DNA of 64,000 nucleotides from Pseudomonadota bacterium (GTDB lineage Bacteria; UBA10199; 2-02-FULL-44-16; JAAZCA01): contig JAZDOG010000020.1 in assembly GCA_043798915.1 (NCBI GenBank), positions 32,001 to 96,000 of the forward strand, in the 5' to 3' direction. Of this stretch, positions 47,188 through 56,815 are shown piece by piece; the stretch's first letter is position 1, and each line of letters starts with the position of its first letter. The notes below the pieces were generated by a model. It was not told the DNA's origin and made no database searches. It saw only the letters and a list, made by a program, of their open reading frames with translations. The position numbers were made by a program, and so were the translations under genes.

Positions 47188-48348
47188 ATGGATTTCAACC
47201 TTACGCCAGAGCAGTCGATGCTTCGCAGCGCGGTCCGCGAGTTCGCGGAGGGCGAGATAGCGCCCCGGGTCGAAGAGCTGGACCTGAGCGAAAAATTCTC
47301 ATGCGAGCTGACGCGAAAGATGGCGGGCATCGGTCTCTTCGGCATAACGGTCGATCCGAAATACGGCGGGCAGGGGATGGACTACCTCTCCTATGCCATA
47401 GCTGTCGAGGAGCTCTCTCGCATCGATGCGTCGCAGGCGGCGACTGTGGCAGCGGCCAACTCCCTGGGGATAGGTCCTCTCTACAAGTTCGGGAGCGAGG
47501 AACAGAAGCAGAAATATCTCCCCGACCTCTGTGCTGGAAAGAAACTCTGGGGCTTTGGGCTGACCGAGCCTGATGCGGGCTCAGACGCCGCCGGCACAAA
47601 GACGTGCGCCGAGCTCAAAGGCGACGGCTGGGTCATCAACGGATCTAAGATATTCATCACGAACGCCGCCAACGAGATGACCTCAGGGGTCACCGTTCAA
47701 TGCGTCACGGGAAAGCGCCCCGACGGAAAAAACGAGCTCTCCTGCATCATCGTGGAGAGCGGGACGCCCGGCTTCACGCAGAAGGAGATGCACAAGAAGA
47801 TGGTGTGGCGATCGTCGAACACCGCCGAGCTCTATTTCGACGATGTGAAGGTCCCGGAGGGAAACATCGTCGGCAGGCGCGGAGAGGGTTTCAAGCAGAT
47901 GCTGGACACGCTCGACTCTGGCCGCCTCGCCATTGCAGCCATGGGGCTCGGCGGCGCGCAGGGTGCGTATGAACTCGCGCTGAAATATGCGAAGGAGCGG
48001 CGGCAGTTCGGCCAGGCCATATCCACATTCGAGGTGAACGCGTTCAAACTGGCCGACTGCGCCACAGAGATCGCGGCGGCGCGCTCGCTCCTCTACAAGG
48101 TGTGCTGCCTCAAAGATGCGCACAAGCCGTTTGCCACCGAGGCGGCTATGGCCAAACTCTATTGCTCCGAGGTCATGGGCCGTGTCGTGAACCACGCCGT
48201 CCAGCTCCACGGATGCTATGGCCTCATGGAGGAGTACAAGGTGTCGCGCTTCTATCGCGACCAGAAGCTCCTCGAGATAGGCGAAGGCACGAGCGAGATA
48301 CAGAGGCTGGTAATCGCGCGCGCGATAGGATGTTTCACCAGCTCCTGA
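47188..48348 (+). CDS. Acyl-CoA dehydrogenase
   Basis: 'FGLTEPDAGSD', 'INGSKIFITN', 'RRQFG', 'VQLHG', 'EIGEGTSEIQR'. Confidence 0.96.
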   Translation: MDFNLTPEQSMLRSAVREFAEGEIAPRVEELDLSEKFSCELTRKMAGIGLFGITVDPKYGGQGMDYLSYAIAVEELSRIDASQAATVAAANSLGIGPLYKFGSEEQKQKYLPDLCAGKKLWGFGLTEPDAGSDAAGTKTCAELKGDGWVINGSKIFITNAANEMTSGVTVQCVTGKRPDGKNELSCIIVESGTPGFTQKEMHKKMVWRSSNTAELYFDDVKVPEGNIVGRRGEGFKQMLDTLDSGRLAIAAMGLGGAQGAYELALKYAKERRQFGQAISTFEVNAFKLADCATEIAAARSLLYKVCCLKDAHKPFATEAAMAKLYCSEVMGRVVNHAVQLHGCYGLMEEYKVSRFYRDQKLLEIGEGTSEIQRLVIARAIGCFTSS

Positions 48349-48892
48349 CGGGTCCTGCGTCGATGTGAACGAAATTGCTTGAGTGGTATACCCCGACGCC
48401 TCCGGATTCGAGTGAGCGGGCGTAATGGCCGAGCTCCTCTTTCCCGATCCCGGCAAGCCGGATGTCCATCGCGAGCCCCTTCATGTGCAGGCTGTCATGC
48501 GCGACGCGCTTTATTCGCCGCTTGAGCGCGGCGTTGTATTCCGGGCTCCTGTAGCCGGAGACGACCATCACCCCGTCCACGCCGAAGTGATCCTGGATGT
48601 GGTCGATGAGTTCGATGAGCTTTAAAGATATCGGGAATGTCTCATGGTCGCCGTGGCAGCGCAGCACCCGCTCGACGGCGTCGAGAGCCGATTCGTTGTA
48701 GGCGCCGGAGGCATCCCGATACACGATCGACAGGCGCTCCCCCGTCTGCACATCGGTGAAGTTGACCCGGCCGTCGCCGGTCAAGCGGAACACGGATTCG
48801 TGAAGAACCGCGGTCTCGATCTGTGAGATGCCCGAAAGGAGCAAAATGGTCGCGATGGCCGCTGTAAAGGCTATCCTTGTCTTCAATTTCAT
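48335..48892 (-). CDS. YcbK/DUF882 (MepK-like, M15) peptidoglycan endopeptidase
   Basis: Signal peptide; 'VSGYRSP', 'SLHMKGLAMD', 'FVHIDAG'. Confidence 0.9.
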   Translation of the reverse strand: MKLKTRIAFTAAIATILLLSGISQIETAVLHESVFRLTGDGRVNFTDVQTGERLSIVYRDASGAYNESALDAVERVLRCHGDHETFPISLKLIELIDHIQDHFGVDGVMVVSGYRSPEYNAALKRRIKRVAHDSLHMKGLAMDIRLAGIGKEELGHYARSLESGGVGVYHSSNFVHIDAGPVRSW

Positions 48893-48976
48893 CCTCCGTT
48901 ACTATATGCATCCATATATATCTATCGGCCCAAAAGCCTTGGAAGTTGCGTAAAAAATTCAAAAAAAGAGGTATTT

Positions 48977-49879
48977 GTGAAATTGTCTTGTGTTATCGCT
49001 ATGTTAGCTCTCCAGCTCTCCGCTGGAATTTTGTGGGCAACGCCGCCGGCCGCTCCGGGACAGGAGAGCACGGGCCGGCTTTCAATCTACAATTTCCACG
49101 AGGACGAGTACCTGGATATCGTCTACAAAGAGGGCGGGAAATACCGTCCGGAGGCCCTGAAGGAGATCTCCCGCCTCATGCGTTCGCGGGGCGACGGAAC
49201 CGAGCGTCCGGTCGATCCTCGCCTGATAGAGCTCATCGATCAGATCCAGCACCATTTCGGCGCCGAGACCGTTGAGCTGATATCTGGCTACAGGAGCCCG
49301 TCCTACAACCGCTCCCTCTCGCTCGGGGGACGCGGGGTGGCGAGCGAGAGCCTCCATATGCGTGCCCAAGCCGCCGATATACATCTCGACGAGATACGCG
49401 AGGAAGAGCTCTTCAACTATGCCAAAAAGCTGGGCGTCGGGGGCGCCGGCATCTACCCCAGATTCGCCTTCGTCCACGTGGATGTGGGTCCGCCGCGAAC
49501 CTGGCAGGAGGGGAGGGCACAATCGAGGGTGCTCGTCGGAACTCAGAACAACCCGAACTCGAGCTGGTCCATGCTGACCGACAAGGATATCTACGCCAGG
49601 GGCGAGGCGCTTTCATCGAAGATCACAAACGGCGACTATCGGAAAGGGCGCCTGGTGAAGAATGTCTGGATAGAGCGCTTTCGCCGGGGCAAGTGGTCGG
49701 ATCAGACGAGGCTGGAAGAAAAGCCATCGGTCGTGTCGCTCGAACCGAACGAGGCCACCGAATACGGCTGGCGGATCCCGGACGAGCAGCCGTTTGGAAA
49801 ATACCGGCTGGTGATATTCACGAGCAAGGATTTTTCCATTCCGCCGGTCTATTCTAACGAATTTTATATCAAGCACTGA
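48977..49879 (+). CDS. YcbK/DUF882 (MepK-like) peptidase with extra C-terminal beta-rich domain
   Basis: Signal peptide; 'ISGYRSP', 'SLHMRAQAAD', 'FVHVDVGP'; ~110-aa C-terminal extension ('TDKDIY...GKYRL...SNEF'). Confidence 0.88.
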   Translation: MKLSCVIAMLALQLSAGILWATPPAAPGQESTGRLSIYNFHEDEYLDIVYKEGGKYRPEALKEISRLMRSRGDGTERPVDPRLIELIDQIQHHFGAETVELISGYRSPSYNRSLSLGGRGVASESLHMRAQAADIHLDEIREEELFNYAKKLGVGGAGIYPRFAFVHVDVGPPRTWQEGRAQSRVLVGTQNNPNSSWSMLTDKDIYARGEALSSKITNGDYRKGRLVKNVWIERFRRGKWSDQTRLEEKPSVVSLEPNEATEYGWRIPDEQPFGKYRLVIFTSKDFSIPPVYSNEFYIKH

Positions 49880-49880
49880 C

Positions 49881-50627
49881 ATGCAATACTCGATTTCATT
49901 TCCGGAGGCGGGCGATACGCTGGCTCTGAGGCTTGGCGAGCTTGGGCTCCCTGCGCAGGTAGTGCTGACCGACAATGTGAGAACGATCCTCTCCATCAGG
50001 CGAGGCAAACCGGCGGCGTCTCTGCGGGTTCACAGGTGCTTCGCCTCTGCCCCCGACGAGGTGGTCGATGCGCTCGCGCGATTTATCCGTCGCGGCGACA
50101 AGGCTGCCAGGGCCGAGATCAGCAGGTTCTTCCGCGCGCAGCCGGAGATCGTTTCGCATGTCCCGCGCCGGCGCGCGATGGATATCAGGCCTTCCGGAGA
50201 ACACCACGATCTTGCGGAGATACTCAGTGATATCAGCCGCCGCTTCTTTGACGGGGCTGTTGGCGCGAGGATCACATGGGGCCGTGGTCGCTTGAAGAGA
50301 CCGAGGCGCGGACGACGCTCGCGCCATATAACCCTGGGCAGCTACTCCTCGAAGGAAAAACTGATAGTCATTCACCCGAACCTCGACCGGCCGCGCGTGC
50401 CGCGGCGCGTGGTCGAATCGATCGTCTTCCACGAGATCTGCCACGAGGTCGCCGGAGAGGCCCAAGGCGGCAAGCGGAGGCGCCTGCACACCAGGGAGTT
50501 TCGCGAGCTGGAGCGGGGCTATCCGCATTTTGCCCAAGCCGGGGAATGGGTGAGGAAGAATCTGGACTATCTCCTTAAAAATGAGCTGAAGAGTGAGAAG
50601 ATAAAGGGAGGAAATAATTCCCTGTGA
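49881..50627 (+). CDS. YgjP/SprT-like zinc metallopeptidase-fold protein
   Basis: 'LGSY', 'IHPNL', 'VFHEICHE' HExxH, 'HTREF'. Confidence 0.8.
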   Translation: MQYSISFPEAGDTLALRLGELGLPAQVVLTDNVRTILSIRRGKPAASLRVHRCFASAPDEVVDALARFIRRGDKAARAEISRFFRAQPEIVSHVPRRRAMDIRPSGEHHDLAEILSDISRRFFDGAVGARITWGRGRLKRPRRGRRSRHITLGSYSSKEKLIVIHPNLDRPRVPRRVVESIVFHEICHEVAGEAQGGKRRRLHTREFRELERGYPHFAQAGEWVRKNLDYLLKNELKSEKIKGGNNSL

Positions 50628-51628
50628 AAAAACGATTTGCCGACATAAATATCTTGAAAGGGATAGGCATTATCCTGGTCGTATGGGGACATATTGGCAT
50701 CACTTGTTCGTACGATAGCGGGGCTTACCTGCCATGGTATGAGATCAAGAGTATAATTTATTCATTTCACATGCCGCTATTTTTTATAGTTTCGGGTTTT
50801 CTCGCGGCGTATTCTACTGAGAACAGGCAAATTGATTACCTTGCTTATGTAAAAAAAATTGTCCCCAGATTTGTCATCCCGTTTTTTTCTTTTTCACTCA
50901 TTATAGCCACAGCTAAGCTTTTATCTGTTCATTTCTCACAATCGGGTCTGATGTACCCGGTAAGCGTTGGTACGATTTATTGGAATTTCATAAACCCCTA
51001 TTTTGGATATGCTCCTCTGCTCTGGTTTATCTACACATTATTCATTATTCAGCTGGCATATCCATTGCTTGTTCGTTTGCTGGAGCATGATGCGCTTGTG
51101 CTCGTCATCTCGCTGCTCTTTACCCCATATGATTTGCCTGCCGTTTTCTGCATAGGCCCGGTTGTTATCCACCTGCCGTTCTTTGCCATTGGAAGCATTC
51201 TTTTTAAAACAAATTTCAGGCAGCCATCGATGAAAAAAATACACATCCTTTGGTCGTGTGTTGCAATTATGCTATTTGCAATGCTCCATGTATACTTCTG
51301 GCATGCTACTTTTTCATATTTTTTCTTGGGGTGTTTAGGGACATATGTCTGTTGGGTGCTTTCCAGTATGCTGGCTGAAATCAAATTATATTTTATGGAG
51401 TATATAGGGAAAATAAGTTTGGATATATATTTATGGCATACTACTTTCAACGGAGTCTTTCTATTTATGTTCTCAATAATTTTACCTGCAAACTCGTTTT
51501 GGCTTCTTGCGGTGACGGTGTGTTTCTCGATAGTTTTAGTGAACGTATGCCTGGCTAAGATTTTAGTCAGGTTTCCTAAGATATGCTATGCGCTCTATGG
51601 CAGGGCGGCTGAAGCTAACTCAATGTGA
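50624..51628 (+). CDS. Acyltransferase-3 family protein (AT-rich)
   Basis: 'LKGIGIILVVWGH', 'YSFHMPLFFIVSG', 'LWF', 'IGKISLDIYLWH'. Confidence 0.9.
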   Translation: MKKRFADINILKGIGIILVVWGHIGITCSYDSGAYLPWYEIKSIIYSFHMPLFFIVSGFLAAYSTENRQIDYLAYVKKIVPRFVIPFFSFSLIIATAKLLSVHFSQSGLMYPVSVGTIYWNFINPYFGYAPLLWFIYTLFIIQLAYPLLVRLLEHDALVLVISLLFTPYDLPAVFCIGPVVIHLPFFAIGSILFKTNFRQPSMKKIHILWSCVAIMLFAMLHVYFWHATFSYFFLGCLGTYVCWVLSSMLAEIKLYFMEYIGKISLDIYLWHTTFNGVFLFMFSIILPANSFWLLAVTVCFSIVLVNVCLAKILVRFPKICYALYGRAAEANSM

Positions 51629-51658
51629 AAGTCGCAATGATTGACCTTGGGAGGCCGT

Positions 51659-52051
51659 ATGATGTATGTCGTTGCGATCGCCGTCCTCGTGATTTTCTCC
51701 ATCATTCTCACGAAAATAAGAGACGTATGCCGCAACGCCGCCCTCTTTAGAAATATTTGTAATTCTACTGTAATGCGCGGTTCAGAGGAGGCCCCTTTTG
51801 TCGAGTGGCTTCTCGAAAAGCCAAATCGAAATGAACAGAAAAACATCTTTCTGCAACTTATGACCGAACGAGGCCTTTCCAAGGCCCAATGCGCCGAATC
51901 GGTGGTTCGGTGTATTAAAAACTCACGGATGCCAGACGGAAAGCCGTTCGGCCAGCTGCTTTCGTTTGAAATCAATAGTCATGTTTCGCCGGATGATCCG
52001 GCGAAGGAGCTTCTCTCGGAGGCGAAGGCGAGATTGACTGCGCTGGATTGA
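51659..52051 (+). CDS. Hypothetical protein with N-terminal TM segment
   Basis: GGAGG SD before ATG 51659; hydrophobic N-terminus; no family recognised. Confidence 0.65.
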   Translation: MMYVVAIAVLVIFSIILTKIRDVCRNAALFRNICNSTVMRGSEEAPFVEWLLEKPNRNEQKNIFLQLMTERGLSKAQCAESVVRCIKNSRMPDGKPFGQLLSFEINSHVSPDDPAKELLSEAKARLTALD

Positions 52052-52080
52052 GTTTTATATATTCCGTACCCAAATTTCCT

Positions 52081-52112
52081 CTTGTCCTTCGTTCCCGGCC
52101 GCCATATACACT
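52081..52112 (+). promoter_or_regulatory. Promoter-like repeat, copy 1 (27/32 identical to 56784-56815)
   Basis: CTTGTCCTTCGTTCCCGGCCGCCATATACACT, containing TTGTCC and a TA-rich -10-like box. Confidence 0.6.
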
Positions 52113-52139
52113 GCTTCCATACCACTTAAAGGGGGGAAT

Positions 52140-52769
52140 ATGAACAACCTGGCTTACAGTTCGCAAAAACCGGAAGAAGTAGCTTCAAAGGTGGAGGAGT
52201 TGTTGAGGAAGGAGCTCAACTCACAGAGCCCGATACAGTATCAGATCGAGGATGAAGGCGCGAGCAGGACAAGCCTTGGCAGCATATTGAAAGAGAGCGC
52301 GGGCCTTCTGCTCGGCGGCCGGGAGGAAGTAAAGCTGTTCACAATCGTCTTCAATATAACGCAGCCGCGCCCGATTACGCTCAGAGTTCACTTGAACAAG
52401 CAGGGAATCGGCTGCCACGCAGGTTCGCTTTTGTACACGTCCAATATTTCCAAACCTGTGAGCGGCGAAGCCTCGCTCGAGGAACCGAAGATGCTGGGGG
52501 CGTCCAAATTCAAGGGGGCCACAGATGTGGCTGAAAAACTGAACGGCAATAAGGACCTCCTTAAATTATGCGGCAAATTCGCCAGGACCGAAGGCAACAG
52601 CGGCGGAATAAAGCTGACGGTGCCGCGCATCTGCAAGGTCGTGCCGGCGGGGGCGGGGACGATGCTGGTGATCAACACTTTGCCGAGGCCGACGTCGATG
52701 GGGTTTGGCGCCGCCATGGATGCCAAGGATTTTTTCAGCATCGCAGAGCTGGTGGAAAAAGCGCTGTAG
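52140..52769 (+). CDS. Hypothetical protein (209 aa)
   Basis: Clean ORF with G-rich SD and plausible composition; no family recognised. Confidence 0.8.
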   Translation: MNNLAYSSQKPEEVASKVEELLRKELNSQSPIQYQIEDEGASRTSLGSILKESAGLLLGGREEVKLFTIVFNITQPRPITLRVHLNKQGIGCHAGSLLYTSNISKPVSGEASLEEPKMLGASKFKGATDVAEKLNGNKDLLKLCGKFARTEGNSGGIKLTVPRICKVVPAGAGTMLVINTLPRPTSMGFGAAMDAKDFFSIAELVEKAL

Positions 52770-52834
52770 CCGATAAGCTCATCAAAATTGAATATGGGTC
52801 ACGGGCGTTGTGACTGTCGACCGGGAGGCTGGCG

Positions 52835-53896
52835 ATGAATCTTACGGTCAAGGAACTTCCCGCCGGGACATCCAGGAAGAAGAATCCCGAAAACCTCAAA
52901 TTCGGCGAGCTCTTTACAGACAGGATGTTCCTGATGCAATACGATTCCGGCGCCGGCTGGAGCGGCGCGAGGATCGAGGAGTTCCATAATTTTTCGCTCT
53001 CCCCCGCGACGATGTCGTTTCACTATGCGCAGGAGATCTTCGAGGGGATGAAGGCGTACAGGTTCAAGGACGGGAAGACGGCGATATTCAGGCCGATGGA
53101 GAACTTCAACAGGATGAACGCCTCGGCGGAGCTTCTGGGCATGCCTGGCTTCGACAGCGAATTCGTCCTCGGCGCGCTCCGGAAGCTCATCCGGCTCGAA
53201 GAGGGCTGGGTCCCGACCCAGCGCGGAACATCGTTGTATATACGACCCGTGATGATCGGCGTCGATCCCGTGATAAAGGTCCGTTCCTCCGATTCGTTCC
53301 TGTTCTACATCATACTCTCGCCGGTCGGGCCGTATTTCAGCGCAGACAGGACGATGTCGAGGATCATGGTCGAGGACAGATACGTCCGAGCGGTCAGGGG
53401 CGGGATCGGCTGTGCGAAGACGGGCGGCAACTATGCGGCTTCGATCCGCGCCGGGATGGAGGCCGCGAAGAAGGGATACGATCAGGTCCTCTGGCTCGAC
53501 GGCGTCGAGAGGAAATACGTCGAGGAGATAGGCTCGATGAACATCTTCTTCGTGATCGACGGCGTGATCACGACGCCGGCGCTGAACGGCTCGATACTGC
53601 CCGGGATAACGAGGAAATCGGTCCTGGAGCTTGCAGCGAAGCTGGGCTACAAAACCAGCGAGCGAAACGTGGAGATCGGAGAGGTGATGTCGGGGCTCGC
53701 CGCCGGGCGCGTGAGCGAGATGTTCGGGACCGGCACGGCATGCGTGATAAATCCTGTCAGCACCATTTGTCACAAAGGCAAAGATTATACGGTGACGGAT
53801 GAGCCCGGAAAGTATTCCAGTATCCTGCACGAATACCTCACCGGCATCCAGCATGGGGATAAGGAAGATATCTTCAACTGGATGATGATCGTCTAG
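52835..53896 (+). CDS. ilvE: Branched-chain amino acid aminotransferase
   Basis: 'HYAQEIFEGMKAY', 'LYIRP', 'KTGGNY', 'EEIGSMN', 'ILPGITR', 'GTA'. Confidence 0.96.
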   Translation: MNLTVKELPAGTSRKKNPENLKFGELFTDRMFLMQYDSGAGWSGARIEEFHNFSLSPATMSFHYAQEIFEGMKAYRFKDGKTAIFRPMENFNRMNASAELLGMPGFDSEFVLGALRKLIRLEEGWVPTQRGTSLYIRPVMIGVDPVIKVRSSDSFLFYIILSPVGPYFSADRTMSRIMVEDRYVRAVRGGIGCAKTGGNYAASIRAGMEAAKKGYDQVLWLDGVERKYVEEIGSMNIFFVIDGVITTPALNGSILPGITRKSVLELAAKLGYKTSERNVEIGEVMSGLAAGRVSEMFGTGTACVINPVSTICHKGKDYTVTDEPGKYSSILHEYLTGIQHGDKEDIFNWMMIV

Positions 53897-53897
53897 T

Positions 53898-54020
53898 GCA
53901 GCGTCAAATAAATTCTTTTATACTGCGTTGCCCTCCTCGCGAGACCCTCAACGTACACCCAAGTACGCCTCGGGCCTCACTCGTCGGGCGCCTTGTCTAA
54001 AAGAATTTCTTTGACGCTGC
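53898..54020. repeat. 123-bp MITE-like palindromic element
   Basis: 23-bp terminal inverted repeats with 1 mismatch (GCAGCGTCAAATAAATTCTTTTA / TAAAAGAATTTCTTTGACGCTGC) and a central CGTAC-N6-GTACG hairpin. Confidence 0.8.
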
Positions 54021-54182
54021 TATCATGGATTAAATTTACAGCACACTAGCAGGCTGTTTGTTGCCCGGATGCATAATCGCAAAAACCCCTTGCCCGGCAC
54101 CATCCAGCGATGTACATCCCTGTCGTTTTGAGATGCTGCGATTTGATAATATCACGCCAGAGGCTCTAAGAAAGGGTTCGCT

Positions 54183-55481
54183 ATGGAGAAGGGTTTTGAT
54201 CTGGGACAGGCGATAGCGGAGGCGAACCGCTGCCTGCTCTGCCACGACGCCCCGTGTTCCAGGGGCTGCCCATGCGGGACCGATCCTGCGGCCTTTATAA
54301 GGAAGCTCAGATTCAGAAACATCAAGGGGGCAATTCGCACGATCAAACGGAACAACATCCTCGGCGGCGCTTGCGGAGTCCTGTGCCCGAGCGCACGCCT
54401 TTGTGAGAAGGAGTGCAGCGCGGCGGGGCTCGACAGGCCGATACGGATATCCAGGCTGCAGAGGTTTCTCGTCGAGCATTCATGGAAGATCGGGTTCGAC
54501 GCCTTTGAGAAGCAGGCGCCCGTGAAGGCCAGGGTCGCGGTCGTGGGTGCAGGACCTGCCGGGATCAGCTGCGCTGCGGGGCTTGCGAAGGCTGGTTTCA
54601 AGGCGACGGTTTTTGAGGAGAAGGCAGAGGCAGGGGGCGTCCTCCGCTACGGCGTTCCCGCCCACCGGTTTTCGAAGGATTTTCTGAAGAGGGAATTGCA
54701 CGACCTCAAGGTTCTGGGCGTCAAATTCCGATGTTCCTCCCCCGTCCGCGGAAAGGGGGCGATCGCCAGACTCCTCAACCGCGGTTACAAGGCGGTCTTC
54801 ATAGCGACCGGCCTTTGGCAGCCGGTCAGGCTGAAAGGCTCAGATGGCAAAATGAAAGGCGTCTTTGACTCGGTGGAATTCCTTGAAGCGATAAACGGCT
54901 CGCGGCTGACGAAGTTGAGGTCCGCGATCAAGGGTAAGGTCGTGGCGGTGATCGGAGGCGGTTCGGTCGCCATCGACTGCGCAGAATCCGCGCTGCTGCT
55001 CGGGGCGCGCGATGTGTATCTCGTATATCGCAGATCGTACAGCCAGATGCCGGCCGAGGAGAATGAGAGGATCCGCACCTTGGGTTCCGGAGTCCATTTT
55101 CTGCTCCTCAATCAGCCGGCCGGTTACACAGTCGGAAAAAAGGGAGAGCTGTCGGGCGTGAGGCTTTTGAGGACGAGGCTTGGCAAGATGGATGCCTCCG
55201 GCAGGAGACGGCCTGAGCTGATACCCGGGTCGGAGTGGACGCTTGGCGCGGGTGCGGTGATCGAAGCGATCGGCAATCAGGCGTTCGATGGTTCTCCAGT
55301 ATTGTACCCTGATGTCCGGGTGTCGAAAGACAGGCTCATCATCGCAGATGCGAAGACCGGGAAGACATCCGCGAAGGCGATATTTGCCGGCGGAGATATC
55401 GTCAGGGGGCCTGGCTTGGTAGCGGAGGCGGTAGGCGACGGGAAGATCGCCGCGGCGGCGATCGAGGAGGCACTCTCATGA
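54183..55481 (+). CDS. preT: Dihydropyrimidine dehydrogenase subunit PreT (GltD-like)
   Basis: 'EANRCLLCHDAPCSRGCP', 'GAGPAG', 'GGGSVAID', 'FAGGD'; ATGA overlap with preA. Confidence 0.85.
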   Translation: MEKGFDLGQAIAEANRCLLCHDAPCSRGCPCGTDPAAFIRKLRFRNIKGAIRTIKRNNILGGACGVLCPSARLCEKECSAAGLDRPIRISRLQRFLVEHSWKIGFDAFEKQAPVKARVAVVGAGPAGISCAAGLAKAGFKATVFEEKAEAGGVLRYGVPAHRFSKDFLKRELHDLKVLGVKFRCSSPVRGKGAIARLLNRGYKAVFIATGLWQPVRLKGSDGKMKGVFDSVEFLEAINGSRLTKLRSAIKGKVVAVIGGGSVAIDCAESALLLGARDVYLVYRRSYSQMPAEENERIRTLGSGVHFLLLNQPAGYTVGKKGELSGVRLLRTRLGKMDASGRRRPELIPGSEWTLGAGAVIEAIGNQAFDGSPVLYPDVRVSKDRLIIADAKTGKTSAKAIFAGGDIVRGPGLVAEAVGDGKIAAAAIEEALS

Positions 55482-56719
55482 AAAGGCACCCCGATCTGTC
55501 CGTGAATTTCTGCGGTGTCAGGTTCAAGAATCCATTCATGCTCTCTTCATCCCCCGTCTCCAATACGGCCGAGATGGTGGGGAGGGCGTTCGACGCCGGG
55601 TGGGCCGGAGTCGCTTACAAGACGCTGACGACCGGGCCGACCAAAATCATCCATCCATCGCCCAGGATGCATGGCTACAATTACGGAGACAAGAGGCTCA
55701 TCGGCCTGCAGAACGTCGAACAGCCATCCGACCGCGCTCTGAAGGAGAACCTGGCGGATCTCGCGCTTCTGAAAAAACGCTGGCCGGATCATGTGCTGAT
55801 GGCGAACATCATGGGGTTCTCGACCGGGGAATGGGTCGAACTCGCCAAGGCGTGCACCGGCGCCGGCGCGGACATGCTCGAACTCAACTTCTCGTGTCCG
55901 CACATGACCGTCGAGGGCTCCGGCTACAAAGTCGGCCAGGCGTTCGAGCTGTTGTGCCGTTTCACCGAGGTGGTGCGCAAAGCCACGAGCATCCCGATCG
56001 TCGCCAAGATGACGCCGAATATCACGGACATGACGGTGGCGGCGATGTATGCCAAAAAGGGCGGGGCTGACGGGATATCCGCCATCAACACGGTCAGGGG
56101 AATATCCGAGATCGGCCTCGGTGATCATATACCGATGCCAAACGTCGCAGGCAAGGGCGCGATCAGCGGATACTCCGGACCCGCGTGCAAACCTATAGGG
56201 CTTCGTTTCATCGCCGAGCTGGCGCAGGATGGGGAACTCAATCTGCCATTGTCCGGAGTCGGCGGCGTTGAAACGTGGGTCGATGCCCTGGAATATATCC
56301 TGGTCGGCGCGACGACGGTCCAGGTGACGACCGGCATCATCCACTACGGATACCGCATCGTGGAGGACATGATCGAAGGCATGTCGGATTACATGGATGG
56401 CAAGGGGATTGGGAAAGTATCCGATCTGATAGGCATGGCGCTTCCGAATCTCTGCAACACGGGCGACTTCGACTTGAGCCGGAAGGGAGCCGCAAAATAC
56501 GATATGGAAAAATGTATCGGTTGCGGGCAGTGCTATACAGTCTGCAGGGACGCCGGCGGACAAGTCCTCGGATGGGATGCGAAGAAGAGGTGGCCGGTGA
56601 CGGATGACGAGAAATGTTTGAGCTGCATGATCTGCAGCTTCGTCTGTCCTGTGGATGGGATGATCGAGTTCAAACCTCATCAGGCGAACCCCATCAGACG
56701 GAGCGGATTTGGGGAATAA
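55478..56719 (+). CDS. preA: NAD-dependent dihydropyrimidine dehydrogenase subunit PreA
   Basis: 'LELNFSCPH', 'AKMTPNITD', 'SAINT', 'GYSGPA.KPI', C-terminal 2x[4Fe-4S] motifs. Confidence 0.93.
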   Translation: MKRHPDLSVNFCGVRFKNPFMLSSSPVSNTAEMVGRAFDAGWAGVAYKTLTTGPTKIIHPSPRMHGYNYGDKRLIGLQNVEQPSDRALKENLADLALLKKRWPDHVLMANIMGFSTGEWVELAKACTGAGADMLELNFSCPHMTVEGSGYKVGQAFELLCRFTEVVRKATSIPIVAKMTPNITDMTVAAMYAKKGGADGISAINTVRGISEIGLGDHIPMPNVAGKGAISGYSGPACKPIGLRFIAELAQDGELNLPLSGVGGVETWVDALEYILVGATTVQVTTGIIHYGYRIVEDMIEGMSDYMDGKGIGKVSDLIGMALPNLCNTGDFDLSRKGAAKYDMEKCIGCGQCYTVCRDAGGQVLGWDAKKRWPVTDDEKCLSCMICSFVCPVDGMIEFKPHQANPIRRSGFGE

Positions 56720-56783
56720 TGCAGAATGAACAGCTGGTGCCCACGACGATGCCTAAACCCTGGCGCCCAACCGCAAAAAACCC

Positions 56784-56815
56784 CTTGTCCTTCGCCCCCA
56801 GCCACCATATATACT
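56784..56815 (+). promoter_or_regulatory. Promoter-like repeat, copy 2
   Basis: CTTGTCCTTCGCCCCCAGCCACCATATATACT upstream of the ATPase gene; related sequence at 54078-54118. Confidence 0.6.
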
